Origin: Rhizobacter sp.
GTDB lineage: Bacteria; Pseudomonadota; Gammaproteobacteria; Burkholderiales; Burkholderiaceae_C
Reading direction: 5' to 3'
Assembly (NCBI GenBank): GCA_043727255.1
Contig: JAYSYW010000168.1
Span: 1-50,639, forward strand
Length of the DNA stretch: 50,639 bases
Below, one piece after another: positions 18,435-28,383 of the stretch. Position numbers and translations under genes: made by a program. Under the pieces are notes generated by a model, which saw nothing but the letters and a program-made list of their open reading frames with translations, did no database searches and was not told the DNA's origin. Numbering within the stretch: the stretch's first letter is position 1; every line of letters starts with the position of its first letter.

Positions 18435-19435
18435 CTCTCAAGCTTTCCGTTCTTGACCAATCTGTGTCGCTCGCTGGCAGCACCGAAGACGCCGCCATCC
18501 GCGACACGCTCGAACTTGCGCCCTTTGTTGAAGCGCTGGGTTACCACCGCTTCTGGCTCAGCGAGCACCACAGCCTGCCCACCATCGTGGGCAGCGCGCC
18601 CGAAATTTTGATGGCGGCGATTGCCGCCCGCACCTCACGCATCCGCATCGGCAGCGCCGGGGTGATGCTGCCGCACTACTCGGCACTGAAGGTGGCCGAG
18701 CAGTTCCGCGTGCTCGAAGCCTTGGCGCCGGGCCGCATCGACCTTGGCGTGGGCCGCGCGCCTGGTGGTGACATGCGCACCGCGCAGGCGTTGAACCCGA
18801 ACGCTTATGGCGCGGCCGAGCAGTTCCCCGAGCAGATCCGCGACCTGCAAGCCTGGACGGCTGGCGAGCGCCACCGCGGCATCGTGGCCCACCCACGCGG
18901 TCAACACCCGCCCGAGTTGTGGGTGTTGGGCAGTTCAGACTACGGCGCCCGCTTGGCGGCGCACTTGGGTGTGCCCTACGCCTATGCCTACTTCTTCGTC
19001 GATGGCGAAGGTGTCGAACAAGCCCTGCACCTGTACCGCACGCTCTACCAGGGCAGCGAGCGGCACCCCAAGCCGCAGCCCACGGTCTGCGTCTGGGCGC
19101 TGGCCGCCGACACCGAAGAAGCGGCGGTGCACCACGGGCTGAGCCGCGAACGCTGGCGGTTGGACCGCGCCCAAGGCGTGCTCGGCCCTTTGCGGTCGCC
19201 GGCCGAGATTCAGGCGCGGGGCTTTACCGAAGCCGAGTGGGCGATCGTCGAGCCGATGCGCCGCAAGGCCTTCGTGGGCAGCGCGACGCAGGTCGCGCAC
19301 AAGCTGCGCGCCTTGGCCGAAGCGCTGGGTCTGGACGAGTTGGTGATCAACGCGTGGACGCACAATCCGGCCGTGCGCCGCCGTTCCTATGAACTGTTGG
19401 CGCGCGAATTCCAGCTTTCTTCCGCATCCAGATGA
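18431..19435 (+). CDS. LLM-class flavin-dependent oxidoreductase (luciferase-like, YhbW-like)
   Basis: LSVLDQS, YHRFWLSEHH, IRIGSAGVMLPHYS, GRIDLGVGRAPG, WVLGSS. Confidence 0.92.
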   Translation: MTLKLSVLDQSVSLAGSTEDAAIRDTLELAPFVEALGYHRFWLSEHHSLPTIVGSAPEILMAAIAARTSRIRIGSAGVMLPHYSALKVAEQFRVLEALAPGRIDLGVGRAPGGDMRTAQALNPNAYGAAEQFPEQIRDLQAWTAGERHRGIVAHPRGQHPPELWVLGSSDYGARLAAHLGVPYAYAYFFVDGEGVEQALHLYRTLYQGSERHPKPQPTVCVWALAADTEEAAVHHGLSRERWRLDRAQGVLGPLRSPAEIQARGFTEAEWAIVEPMRRKAFVGSATQVAHKLRALAEALGLDELVINAWTHNPAVRRRSYELLAREFQLSSASR

Positions 19436-19671
19436 ACATCATCGACTTTGAAATTCGTGGCGAGTACATCACCCTTGATGCCTTGCTGAAGGCCACCGGC
19501 ATAGCCAGCAGTGGCGGCGCCGCCAAGGCGATGGTGGGTGAGGGCAAGGTCGAGGTCGATGGCCAGACCGAACTGCGCAAGACCTGCAAGCTGCGCGCAG
19601 GCCAGGTGGTGGCCGTCACCGGCAACCGGGTGCGGTTGCACGCAGCCACCATGAACGCGCCGCTGGAATGA
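19432..19671 (+). CDS. RNA-binding S4 domain protein (YbcJ/YaaA-like)
   Basis: YITLDALLKATG...SGGAAK...VDGQTELRKTCKLRAG. Confidence 0.9.
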   Translation: MNIIDFEIRGEYITLDALLKATGIASSGGAAKAMVGEGKVEVDGQTELRKTCKLRAGQVVAVTGNRVRLHAATMNAPLE

Positions 19672-19723
19672 CGCGGGGCTGATGCCGAACGGCTGACGGG
19701 CGCGCTTGCCCTGTCGATCAGCC

Positions 19724-19756
19724 AAAAAAAACGGCGCGGTAGAAACCGCGCCGTTT
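19724..19756. terminator. Rho-independent terminator (stronger on minus strand)
   Basis: AAAAAAAACGGCGCGGT-AGAA-ACCGCGCCGTTT between convergent genes. Confidence 0.85.
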
Positions 19757-19773
19757 GCTCAAGAGAGCAAAGC

Positions 19774-21951
19774 TCAGGGAATGAAATTCAGCGTCTCGGG
19801 CAAGGCGCCAACCAGCGGCACTTCAAAGATCGGGCCGGCGCCATCGGGGTCGATGGTGGTGGTGCCGTTGGTGGCGAAGAACACCGCGATCTGCGTTTGC
19901 GCTGCAATCGCAATTGGTGCCGTGGCAGCAACCGCCACACCCGTCAGGAACGTGTGCGCCACCTTGCCGACCGCCGGGTTGGCGGCGTAGGCGAGGTCGT
20001 TGCGGTAGTAGGTGGTGCGGGCCGCAAAGTCACCAGCGCGGACCAGCGCCGTGCTGGTCGGGTTCGGCACCACTTGGTCGCCCTTGGCGATTTGCACGAT
20101 CACCGGCTTGGCGGCCTGGCCCGGGAACGGACGCTTGGTGATGTACGACGCATAGGCTGCCGGGTTGCCCGACTGCTGAACCCATTCGGCACGTTCCAGT
20201 GCCAGTTGGATCGGCAAGGCGCCGGCCACGGTGTTGGTGGACGGAGCCATGTTGCGCAGCGGGATGTTTTCGTTGAATACGATGCCCGACGGGTCGGCCA
20301 CATTGATCAACGACGGCTTGCGCAGCGCCAGGTAGGCGCCGGTCTGTGGGCGGAACACGCCCAGGCGGGCGATCTCGTTCACCGAACCACCGCCCACGTT
20401 GGGCACGCCGGCCTTGATGTTGGGCTCGACACCCAACACGATGCTGCCGTAGATGGCACCGAACGACTGGCCCGCGTAGTAGATGCGTTGCGGGTTCAGG
20501 TCGGCGGCGCCGTCGCCGTCAACGTCAACACCCACTTCGATCTGGCGCACCAACTGCATCACGTCGACGGCGGTCTGGCGCAGGCCGTCACGGCTGCTGA
20601 TGATCTGGCGCGGCGCGGCTGCCGAAACGCCTTCGGTCGAGTCGATGACGCCGTTGCCGTCGGCATCAACACCCCGGCCACCGGCTGGCACGACGACTGG
20701 CGCGGCGGGGTTCGAGTTGCGAACCACGTTCAGCGTGCCGAGCGCGCCACCACCGTGGCCCACCACGTTGATCGACACCGTGGCAATGCCTTGCGCCGCC
20801 AGCGTGGACGCGATGGTGAAGGGCGCGCCATACGAGCTGTCGGAAAAGCCGTGGCCGAAGATGGCGACCGGGTAGCCGCCTGCGGGCTTGGCACCGGCAG
20901 GCAAGAACACCTGCACCGTCAGCGCGCTGCTGCCTTGCTGCGCGGGCACGCCGCTCATCGTGGGCACGGTGGGGATGTAGCGGCCGGGTGCCAGGTAGTT
21001 GGGTGAGGTGAAGCGGCCGTAAGCCACTTGGCCCACCGAGTTCGGCGTGATGGCCAGTGCGGGCGTAGGCAGGTACGAAGCGGTGAAGGTGGGCGCCGTG
21101 CCGGTCTGGCGGCTGAACTGAATGGCGGCGATGTCAGCCAGCGGGAACACCGCACGCACCGGGCCGGCAGCCGAGAGGCCGACGTTGAAGTCGATGCCGG
21201 CGGGCGCGCTGCGCTTGATTTGATTGCGGATCTTTTCCAGATCGGCCGTGGTGCTTTGGGTGGTGAACAGGCTCAGCGCGACGATGCGCGTGGCGGCCAC
21301 GCCCGACGAGGCTTGCGCGTCGAGCAGGGCCTTGCGGTAGTTGACGATGTCGGGGTTCGTCGACTGCGAGGAATCGAGCTGCCTGCGGAAGGCGTCGAAC
21401 AGGCCGGATTCGATGGCACGGCCGGTGCTGTCTTTCACCCCGTTGGTGATGACCAGCACGTAGCGCGAGTGTTCATTCAGCAGGTCATTCGACTCGAATG
21501 ACAGCGTCTTGGTGGTGGCGTCCCATTGCACCTGGTTGATGCCGACCTTCTGGCCGAAACCGTAACCATTGAGCGTGTCGCCCAGGTTGACCAGGAACAC
21601 GGTCTGGCTGGTCACGGTGGCGGGGTTGATGGTGCCGTTGAAGGGCACCGTGATGCGCGGCTGCGAGTTGAAACCGTCGAGCGTGTTGATCACGTCGATG
21701 TCGGCGCAGTCGGAAACGAAGGTGGTGCAGTTCGGCTTGGGCAGTTGCACGCGGCGCAGCGTCTTTTGCGCGCCGTCAAACGTGGTGAAACGGTCGGTCG
21801 GGAAGGGGCTGCCGGCCGGGTCGAACAGGTTGAACTGCACGCTCACACCAGCATGGGCCAACACGGGCACGGCCAGCAAAGACATCAGGGCAGTGGACAG
21901 GCGCGTTTTTTTGACGCGCGGGGCGCGGCCAAAGGTGCCGGGGAAGGTCAT
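19774..21951 (-). CDS. Secreted Ig-like domain plus alpha/beta hydrolase (extracellular lipase-like)
   Basis: Signal peptide ending AHA, PFPTDRF and LDGFN N-terminal motifs, FGHG, nucleophile GQSFG, GDQVVPN, AHTF. Confidence 0.75.
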   Translation of the reverse strand: MTFPGTFGRAPRVKKTRLSTALMSLLAVPVLAHAGVSVQFNLFDPAGSPFPTDRFTTFDGAQKTLRRVQLPKPNCTTFVSDCADIDVINTLDGFNSQPRITVPFNGTINPATVTSQTVFLVNLGDTLNGYGFGQKVGINQVQWDATTKTLSFESNDLLNEHSRYVLVITNGVKDSTGRAIESGLFDAFRRQLDSSQSTNPDIVNYRKALLDAQASSGVAATRIVALSLFTTQSTTADLEKIRNQIKRSAPAGIDFNVGLSAAGPVRAVFPLADIAAIQFSRQTGTAPTFTASYLPTPALAITPNSVGQVAYGRFTSPNYLAPGRYIPTVPTMSGVPAQQGSSALTVQVFLPAGAKPAGGYPVAIFGHGFSDSSYGAPFTIASTLAAQGIATVSINVVGHGGGALGTLNVVRNSNPAAPVVVPAGGRGVDADGNGVIDSTEGVSAAAPRQIISSRDGLRQTAVDVMQLVRQIEVGVDVDGDGAADLNPQRIYYAGQSFGAIYGSIVLGVEPNIKAGVPNVGGGSVNEIARLGVFRPQTGAYLALRKPSLINVADPSGIVFNENIPLRNMAPSTNTVAGALPIQLALERAEWVQQSGNPAAYASYITKRPFPGQAAKPVIVQIAKGDQVVPNPTSTALVRAGDFAARTTYYRNDLAYAANPAVGKVAHTFLTGVAVAATAPIAIAAQTQIAVFFATNGTTTIDPDGAGPIFEVPLVGALPETLNFIP

Positions 21952-22249
21952 GCGGAAATCTCCAGGGGTGGACGAACGGGTTCGTGGCAACCCGCGCCAC
22001 GGCTCGTGGAATTGTTCCTGAAGCGTGTGACGGCGTGGCCGTTGGGGGCTTGCAAAAGATGCGGGTTATCCCGAACCTCCCCCCTGATCGGGTGGCTGGT
22101 TGTGAACGCGCGTTCATTCCTCGTTCATTCATGTTTCCACCGCACACACCTGGGCCGGCAGGGTGACGCGCGGCTGTTGGCTATTCCCGGCCATTCCCCC
22201 GTACGATCGCCGCCTGCATTTTTTCAAAGGCCGCCTCGGGCGCGTCGCC

Positions 22250-22885
22250 ATGAATTTGATCTACGTCGCCGATGCCATGTGCTCGTGGTGCTACGGCTTT
22301 GCACGCACGCTCGACGCCTTGCTGGCCGACCCGCGCGAAGCCCGCCCGCTGCAGCTCGCATTGGTGATGGGTGGCTTGCGGCCTTACACCGAAGAGCCAC
22401 TCAGCGCCGCGCGCGCCGAAGAAATATGGGGCCACTGGCACCACGTGCACGAAGCCACGGGCCAGCCCTTTGCCGCCGCGCCGCACACTGCCTTGCACGA
22501 GCCGGGTTTCGTCTACGACACCGAACCCGCCGCACGTGCCACGGTCACCGTGCGCAAGCATTGGCCGCAGCACACCTGGCTGTACTTTCGCGCTGTGCAA
22601 GAGGCCTTCTATGCCGAGGGCCGAAACGTCACCCGGCCCGAGGTGCTGGCCGACATCGCCGAGGCGCGTGGCCTGCCCCGGGCCGATTTCGCCAAGCTCT
22701 TCGCTTCGACCGACATGCGCGAAGCCACCCGCAACGATTTCGCGCAAACGCAGGAGTGGGGGCTCAACGGCTTCCCGGCGTTGATCGCCGAACGTGGCAC
22801 TGAACTGCACCTGGTGGCGCAGGGCTACACGCCCATCGACGAGTTGCACCAACGCCTTGCCATGCTCACCGCCGCCAGCCACTGA
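22250..22885 (+). CDS. DsbA family protein (cytoplasmic putative protein-disulfide isomerase)
   Basis: YVADAMCSWCYGF, GGL, GFP cis-Pro motif; no signal peptide. Confidence 0.85.
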   Translation: MNLIYVADAMCSWCYGFARTLDALLADPREARPLQLALVMGGLRPYTEEPLSAARAEEIWGHWHHVHEATGQPFAAAPHTALHEPGFVYDTEPAARATVTVRKHWPQHTWLYFRAVQEAFYAEGRNVTRPEVLADIAEARGLPRADFAKLFASTDMREATRNDFAQTQEWGLNGFPALIAERGTELHLVAQGYTPIDELHQRLAMLTAASH

Positions 22886-23052
22886 GGCGCTTGCTCGGCC
22901 CGCGAAAAACCTTCCTTGGTATACGCACAAGGGCGTACAAGGGCTGACAACTCACCCTGCCGGGCGGGCCTCGGCATGAAAGAATTCGCCCGCCTGCGGC
23001 CCCGGAACTGAATTCCACACCCGGCACTCAGATGGGCCTTCTTGGAGTGGCG

Positions 23053-25239
23053 ATGTTTCAAAGCACTTGGGGCCGCGTGTTCGCCGCCCTTGCCCTGGCC
23101 GCAACGGCCTTGGGTTTTTCCCCGGTTCAGGCGGCCCCCGTCAAGACCGAGCACGTCACCGCCGAACTGGTGGCCGAACGCAGCGCCGTGCACCCCGGCG
23201 AATCGCTGCAGATCGGTTTGCGGCTGAACCACATTCCGCACTGGCACACCTACTGGCGCAACCCGGGTGACTCGGGCCTGCCCACCACCGTGCAATTGAC
23301 GCTGCCCCTGGGCGCCAGCGCCGGCGAGATCGAATGGCCCACGCCCAAGCGCCTGCCGATCGGCCCGCTGGTGAACTACGGCTACGAAGACGAACTGCTG
23401 CTGCCGCTGCGCTTCACCGCCCCCAACAGCGCGCTGCCCGGCAGCACGCTCACCGTACGCGCACAGGCCAATTGGCTGGTGTGCAAAGACGTCTGCATTC
23501 CCGAGAACGCCACGCTGGAACTGCAACTGCCGGTGGTCGCCCTGGGCACCACGCCGGGCTCCACCCCGCACGGGCTGGCGTTTGAGCGCGCCGAAGCTGA
23601 ACGTGCGCTGCCCTTGAGCGGCTGGAAAGCCCAAGTGCAGACGGCAGGCCGCGACGTGCTGCTGACGCTGGAGCCTGAATCGGCCGAGCAACGGGCACAG
23701 ATCGGCACGCTGCCTGAAGTGCATGTGTTCCCGTTTGTCGAACAGGTGCTTGAACCCGCCAAACACGAGGCCTACCGCACCGCCACGGGTTACGCCGTGA
23801 AGCTGACCTTGTTGGACGGCACCCAGCTGCCCGCCACCCTAAACGGCATCGCCGTGTTGCAAGGCGATGCATCACGTGCCTGGGGGGGCCCTCAGCGAGC
23901 GGCCGAATTCAGCGCGACGGTGAAGGCCGTGGCCCGTGTGGTGCTGCCCGAGGGCGCGCAAAAGCTGGGGGGTGGATCGGCCGGCCCCGTCACCTTGGGC
24001 GGTGCGGCCGACCTGGGCTGGCTGACCGCGCTGGCGCTGGCTTTCATTGGCGGCATGGTGCTCAACCTCATGCCGTGTGTGTTCCCGGTGCTGTCGATCA
24101 AGCTGCTGAGCCTGGCCCAGCACCACGACAGCAAACCGCAGCTGCGCACCCATGCGCTGGCCTACACCGGCGGCGTGGTGCTGAGCTTTCTGGCGCTGGC
24201 CGGCGGCTTGCTGGCTTTGCGTGAAGCGGGCAGTGCGGTGGGTTGGGGCTTTCAGCTGCAAGAACCCGGCGTGGTGTTCGTGCTGGCGCTGCTGTTCTTC
24301 GTGATCGGGCTCAACCTGATGGGCGCCTTCGAGATGGGCGGCATCGTGCCGCAGTGGCTGGCGCAGTGGCGAGGCAAGCGTCCATCGGCCGATGCCTTCG
24401 CCTCGGGCGTGCTGGCGGTGGTGGCGGCCAGCCCCTGCACGGCACCGTTCATGGGCGCGGCGTTGGGCTTTGCGATCACGCAGTCGGCGGCCGTCGGGCT
24501 CAGCGTGTTTGCGGCCTTGGGGCTCGGCATGGCCTTGCCCTATGTGCTGCTGGTGTTGTCGCCCGGCTGGCGTGAACGTTTGCCGCGCCCCGGCGCATGG
24601 ATGCTGCGGCTGAAGCAGGCGCTGGCCTTCCCGATGTTTGCGACGGTGGTGTGGTTGGTCTGGGTGCTCGGCCAACAAGCAGGCATTGACGGCGCCGCAG
24701 TGGCGCTGTTGGCCTTGATTGGCGTGGCCTTTCTGGTGTGGCTGGCGGGTATGCCCGCAGCCCAGGGCTTGGCTGGCCGCGCCCTCACCCTTGCGGCGCT
24801 GGTGGGCTTGCTGGTGTGGAGCTGGCCGGCGCTGGTTCCCGCGTCGTCCGATGGCCATTCAAGCGGCACCGCCAACACAGGGGTCGAATCAGCTTGGCAA
24901 CCCTACGACGAAGCCGTGATCGAACAGCGCGTGGCCCAGGGCCAGCCAGTGTTCGTTGACTTCACCGCCGCATGGTGCGTCAGCTGCCAAGTCAACAAAC
25001 GACTGGTGCTGCACACCGACGCCACCATGCAGGCTTTCGAGAAAGCCAACGTGACGCTGATGCGCGCCGACTGGACGCATCGTGATGCGCGCATCACCGC
25101 CGCATTGGCCCGCCTGGGCCGCAACGGTGTGCCGGTGTACCTGCTGGTGCGCCCCGGACGCGAGCCTTTGCTGTTGCCGGAGGTGTTGACGGGTGGGCTG
25201 GTGCGCGAAGCCCTGGCCACCTTGTCGAACCCGTCGTAG
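23053..25239 (+). CDS. dsbD: Thiol:disulfide interchange protein DsbD family
   Basis: WHTYWRNPGDSG, CKDVC, LNLMPCVFP, SPCTAPFMG, thioredoxin WCVSC. Confidence 0.92.
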   Translation: MFQSTWGRVFAALALAATALGFSPVQAAPVKTEHVTAELVAERSAVHPGESLQIGLRLNHIPHWHTYWRNPGDSGLPTTVQLTLPLGASAGEIEWPTPKRLPIGPLVNYGYEDELLLPLRFTAPNSALPGSTLTVRAQANWLVCKDVCIPENATLELQLPVVALGTTPGSTPHGLAFERAEAERALPLSGWKAQVQTAGRDVLLTLEPESAEQRAQIGTLPEVHVFPFVEQVLEPAKHEAYRTATGYAVKLTLLDGTQLPATLNGIAVLQGDASRAWGGPQRAAEFSATVKAVARVVLPEGAQKLGGGSAGPVTLGGAADLGWLTALALAFIGGMVLNLMPCVFPVLSIKLLSLAQHHDSKPQLRTHALAYTGGVVLSFLALAGGLLALREAGSAVGWGFQLQEPGVVFVLALLFFVIGLNLMGAFEMGGIVPQWLAQWRGKRPSADAFASGVLAVVAASPCTAPFMGAALGFAITQSAAVGLSVFAALGLGMALPYVLLVLSPGWRERLPRPGAWMLRLKQALAFPMFATVVWLVWVLGQQAGIDGAAVALLALIGVAFLVWLAGMPAAQGLAGRALTLAALVGLLVWSWPALVPASSDGHSSGTANTGVESAWQPYDEAVIEQRVAQGQPVFVDFTAAWCVSCQVNKRLVLHTDATMQAFEKANVTLMRADWTHRDARITAALARLGRNGVPVYLLVRPGREPLLLPEVLTGGLVREALATLSNPS

Positions 25240-25335
25240 TGCAGGGAAATTACAGTGGTATTGCAGGGGTTGATGCGAACGGGCGGTAAACCGGCGGGGG
25301 CGGTGGGCATTGCCCCCGCCACACCGCCGTAGTCA

Positions 25336-25830
25336 TCACATCTTGCGGGGTTCGATGCTCAGCTGGTTGTCCACGCTGGTCACGCCCTTGACGGATGAGG
25401 CCAACCGCGTTGCGCGCTCGCGGGCCGATTCACTTGGCGCGGTGCCGCGCAAGACCACTCGGGCCGCGTCGGTGTCCACGTTGATCTTCACGGCGCTCAG
25501 TGAGGGGTCTTTCGCCAACTCGGCGTTCACTTCAGTCGTGATCAACGCATCGCTGACCTTGCTGCTGGTCTTGTCACTGGCTTCCTTGCTGGCGTCACGC
25601 ACATCGCGGCCGATTTCACGCGCGTTGTTCGCCGCTTGATCAATGCCACGCGACGCATCTGCCTGCAGTTCGCGGGCACGTTGCTCGCCCTGCGCCATCG
25701 TGCTGTCGGTGGTGTTGGTCGTGGCGGTGGTGTCGTCGCGCCGGTCACAGCCCACCAGAGCCAATGAAGCCATCAGCAAAGTGGCGGCCGCCGTGGCGGA
25801 GAGGGTTCGGTTCGTCGATCGCTTGTTCAT
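25336..25830 (-). CDS. BON domain-containing lipoprotein
   Basis: Lipobox LVGC; DALITTEVNAEL...INVDT...VKGVTSVDNQL; GGAG RBS. Confidence 0.88.
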   Translation of the reverse strand: MNKRSTNRTLSATAAATLLMASLALVGCDRRDDTTATTNTTDSTMAQGEQRARELQADASRGIDQAANNAREIGRDVRDASKEASDKTSSKVSDALITTEVNAELAKDPSLSAVKINVDTDAARVVLRGTAPSESARERATRLASSVKGVTSVDNQLSIEPRKM

Positions 25831-26016
25831 CAGGTCACTCCTTTGCAAGCTGCCGCTCCAGGCGGCGGGTTGGGGGCGGCCGCATTCGCAACCGGCCCAC
25901 TCGGGGTGGTGAAACCTTAAGTTGCCAAGCGCGCATCCCACGTCGGCCGCACCCGCCGGGGCGTGTCGGACGATGCCTCGCCTGCCTGTGGGTGGCCCCG
26001 GCACAATGCCGCCGCC

Positions 26017-26718
26017 ATGCACCCCGCCACATCCACGCCCACGCCTGAGCCCGTGCTCACACCCAGCCCCTTGGCTCCGCTGCACCTGGAGGGCCTGGCG
26101 CCGGGCTGGCTCGACGACTGCGTGGCCGTGATCGACAAACCTGCCGGCCTGCCCGCCGTGCCCGGCCGCGCCGAACACCTGCGTGACTGCGCCGCGTCGC
26201 GCCTGCAGGCGGTGATGCCCGATGCGCAGGTGGTGCACCGTCTCGACATGGCCACCTCGGGCCTGATGCTGTTGGCGCGCGGCGCGCATTGGCAGCGGGT
26301 GTTCAGCCGGCTCTTCGCCGAACGCCAGATGCACAAGCGCTACGTGGCCGTGGTGAGTGGGCTGATGGCGAACGACAGCGGCGAGATCGCGCTGCCGCTG
26401 ATCGCCGACTGGCCGAACCGGCCGCTGCAAAAGGTGGACGTCGTGACAGGCAAGCCTTCGCTGACACGCTACCGCGTGATCGGGCGCGACGCGTCGCGGC
26501 ACACCACCCGCGTCGAGCTCGAGCCCGTCACCGGCCGCTCGCACCAGTTGCGTGTGCACCTGCAGGCCATCGGCCACCCGATCGTGGGTGACACGCTGTA
26601 TGCCCCTGCGGGCATTGCCGCCGCGTCGCCCCGGCTGCTGCTGCATGCGCTGCGGTTGAGCTTCACGCACCCGGCGCATGGCGGGGTGGTGTGCATCGGG
26701 AGCGAGTTGCCGTTTTGA
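26017..26718 (+). CDS. rluA: RluA family pseudouridine synthase
   Basis: DKPAGL, VHRLDMATSG, TGRSHQLRVH, LLLHA; start approximate. Confidence 0.9.
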   Translation: MHPATSTPTPEPVLTPSPLAPLHLEGLAPGWLDDCVAVIDKPAGLPAVPGRAEHLRDCAASRLQAVMPDAQVVHRLDMATSGLMLLARGAHWQRVFSRLFAERQMHKRYVAVVSGLMANDSGEIALPLIADWPNRPLQKVDVVTGKPSLTRYRVIGRDASRHTTRVELEPVTGRSHQLRVHLQAIGHPIVGDTLYAPAGIAAASPRLLLHALRLSFTHPAHGGVVCIGSELPF

Positions 26719-26740
26719 TCCGCGTGCGCGGGCAGGGCCA

Positions 26741-28057
26741 TCAAGCCGGCGCCTTGTCTTCCCGCGTCGAGTCTTCCTTGATGAGCGCCAGCACCCGCCC
26801 GATGCGTTCGGCTTCTTGCGGCATCGAACGCTCAACGCGCGCACGCACCTCGCGTTCGAGCTCGCGGTAGCGCCAGTTCACCTCGCGCATCACCAGCGTC
26901 ACCTCCAGCAGCATGGCGGTGTCGCCGCCCACGTTCAGGTGGTGGAGGATGTCCTCGAAGTTTTCGGAGTCGAGCCCGGTGCTTGAAAACGCGCGCCGGA
27001 TGCGCTCGTAGCGGTTGGTGGCGTGCAGCAGCAAGTCTCGAAAGGCCGCAGTGCCACCCAAGCTTTCGTCGTGAAGCAAGCCGCGCACATCATCGATGCG
27101 GTGCCCCACCGCCGAAACCTTGCTTGCGCGCCGCACGATCTCGTCGATGGCAGGCAGCTCGGCAGTGGCGTCTTCGTCGTTCGTGCAAGCGCGGCACAAG
27201 GTAGACACCGCATCAATCAGCGGCCGGCCAAATTCACCCGGGATCAGCTTGACGGCCACTTCGGCCGCACGCAGCGGGGTGCGGCGCGACTCCAGCAGGC
27301 CGATCAGCAATTCGCTCACCGCCAACACCTGGCTGGAGATCGGCACCTTGTCGCCTTGCAGGCCGAAGGGGTAGCCGAAACCGTCGAGCCGTTCGTGGTG
27401 GCCCAGCACCGCCAGGCCCACCTTTTCGCCAACACGTGGCATGTCTTTCAGCACCCGCTGCGCAATGATCGGGTGCGCCGCGATGTGCTTCCACTGCGCC
27501 GGCTCCAACCTCACGCCTTTGCGCAGGTATTCCGGGTTGATGTACAGCTCACCGACGTCGTGGCACAGGCCCGAGACCATGGCGATGCGCGCCTGCGGGG
27601 TGTCTGACATGCCGAGTTTGTCGGTCAGCCCCATGCACAGCAGGCTGGCGCCCACCGCGTGGGCCAGCTTGTGTTCGCCGTGTTCGGCATACACGGTCAG
27701 CATCGATTCCATCGGGCCACTCACCATGCCGCTGCGCAGTTCGGCCAAGGGCGAGGCCCGGCCGCGTTTGCGGTACAGCTCGCGCAACATGGGCTGTTCG
27801 TCGAGCAGTGCTTCGGCGGTGCTGATGAGGTCGAGGCCACTCACGCTGCCCACGACCTTCATGCAGTCTTCCAGTGGCTTGCGCAGCTTGTGCTGCAGCA
27901 GGCGTTCTTTCACGCTGTCGTCAATGCGGGCGCCCTTGGCCAGCAGCTTCATGCCGTTGCCCGAGAGGATGTCTTCGCTGGCCTCGATCTCGCGCTTGCG
28001 CGCGGTCGTCATCACATGATCAAGGTAGTGTGGGTTGACATTGCCTTGGGGATCCAC
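26741..28057 (-). CDS. HD-GYP domain protein (degenerate motifs)
   Basis: HDVGE and HHERLDGFGYP; start uncertain (GTG 28057 or ATG 28096). Confidence 0.82.
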   Translation of the reverse strand: MDPQGNVNPHYLDHVMTTARKREIEASEDILSGNGMKLLAKGARIDDSVKERLLQHKLRKPLEDCMKVVGSVSGLDLISTAEALLDEQPMLRELYRKRGRASPLAELRSGMVSGPMESMLTVYAEHGEHKLAHAVGASLLCMGLTDKLGMSDTPQARIAMVSGLCHDVGELYINPEYLRKGVRLEPAQWKHIAAHPIIAQRVLKDMPRVGEKVGLAVLGHHERLDGFGYPFGLQGDKVPISSQVLAVSELLIGLLESRRTPLRAAEVAVKLIPGEFGRPLIDAVSTLCRACTNDEDATAELPAIDEIVRRASKVSAVGHRIDDVRGLLHDESLGGTAAFRDLLLHATNRYERIRRAFSSTGLDSENFEDILHHLNVGGDTAMLLEVTLVMREVNWRYRELEREVRARVERSMPQEAERIGRVLALIKEDSTREDKAPA

Positions 28058-28383
28058 AGTGGCGCCTTTGTGTGCTGATTCGTGACGTGCTTGCATTACT
28101 TGTGCAGCGGCAAAACCGGTGGCTGGGCAAAAGCGCTGTGCGCCACCCTGGCTTGCGGCAACCCATTGAGGGTCGTCTTCCGTTTTCGGCATGCGGGTGC
28201 AGACTTGAAGCCTTGATTTGCGCCCCAACGTGAGCTTTTCCCGGTTTGCGGCGTGGTTGCAGCGAGGGGCCTGAGCCTTACCATCGCGGCTCGTGAACTT
28301 TGCGCAGTGCCGTTGATCCGAGGCCTGTGCATGAAGCCACGGCGGCGCCCCGCCGCGAACTTTTAAAACCCCAAGGACCAACG

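Noticed and set aside
25293-25320. GC-rich hairpin between convergent dsbD and BON genes
   Set aside because: No U-tract on either strand, so not called as a terminator.
25831-26844. 502-aa minus-strand ORF extending the BON protein
   Set aside because: Antisense to rluA; the real BON gene starts at 25830 with an RBS and lipoprotein signal.
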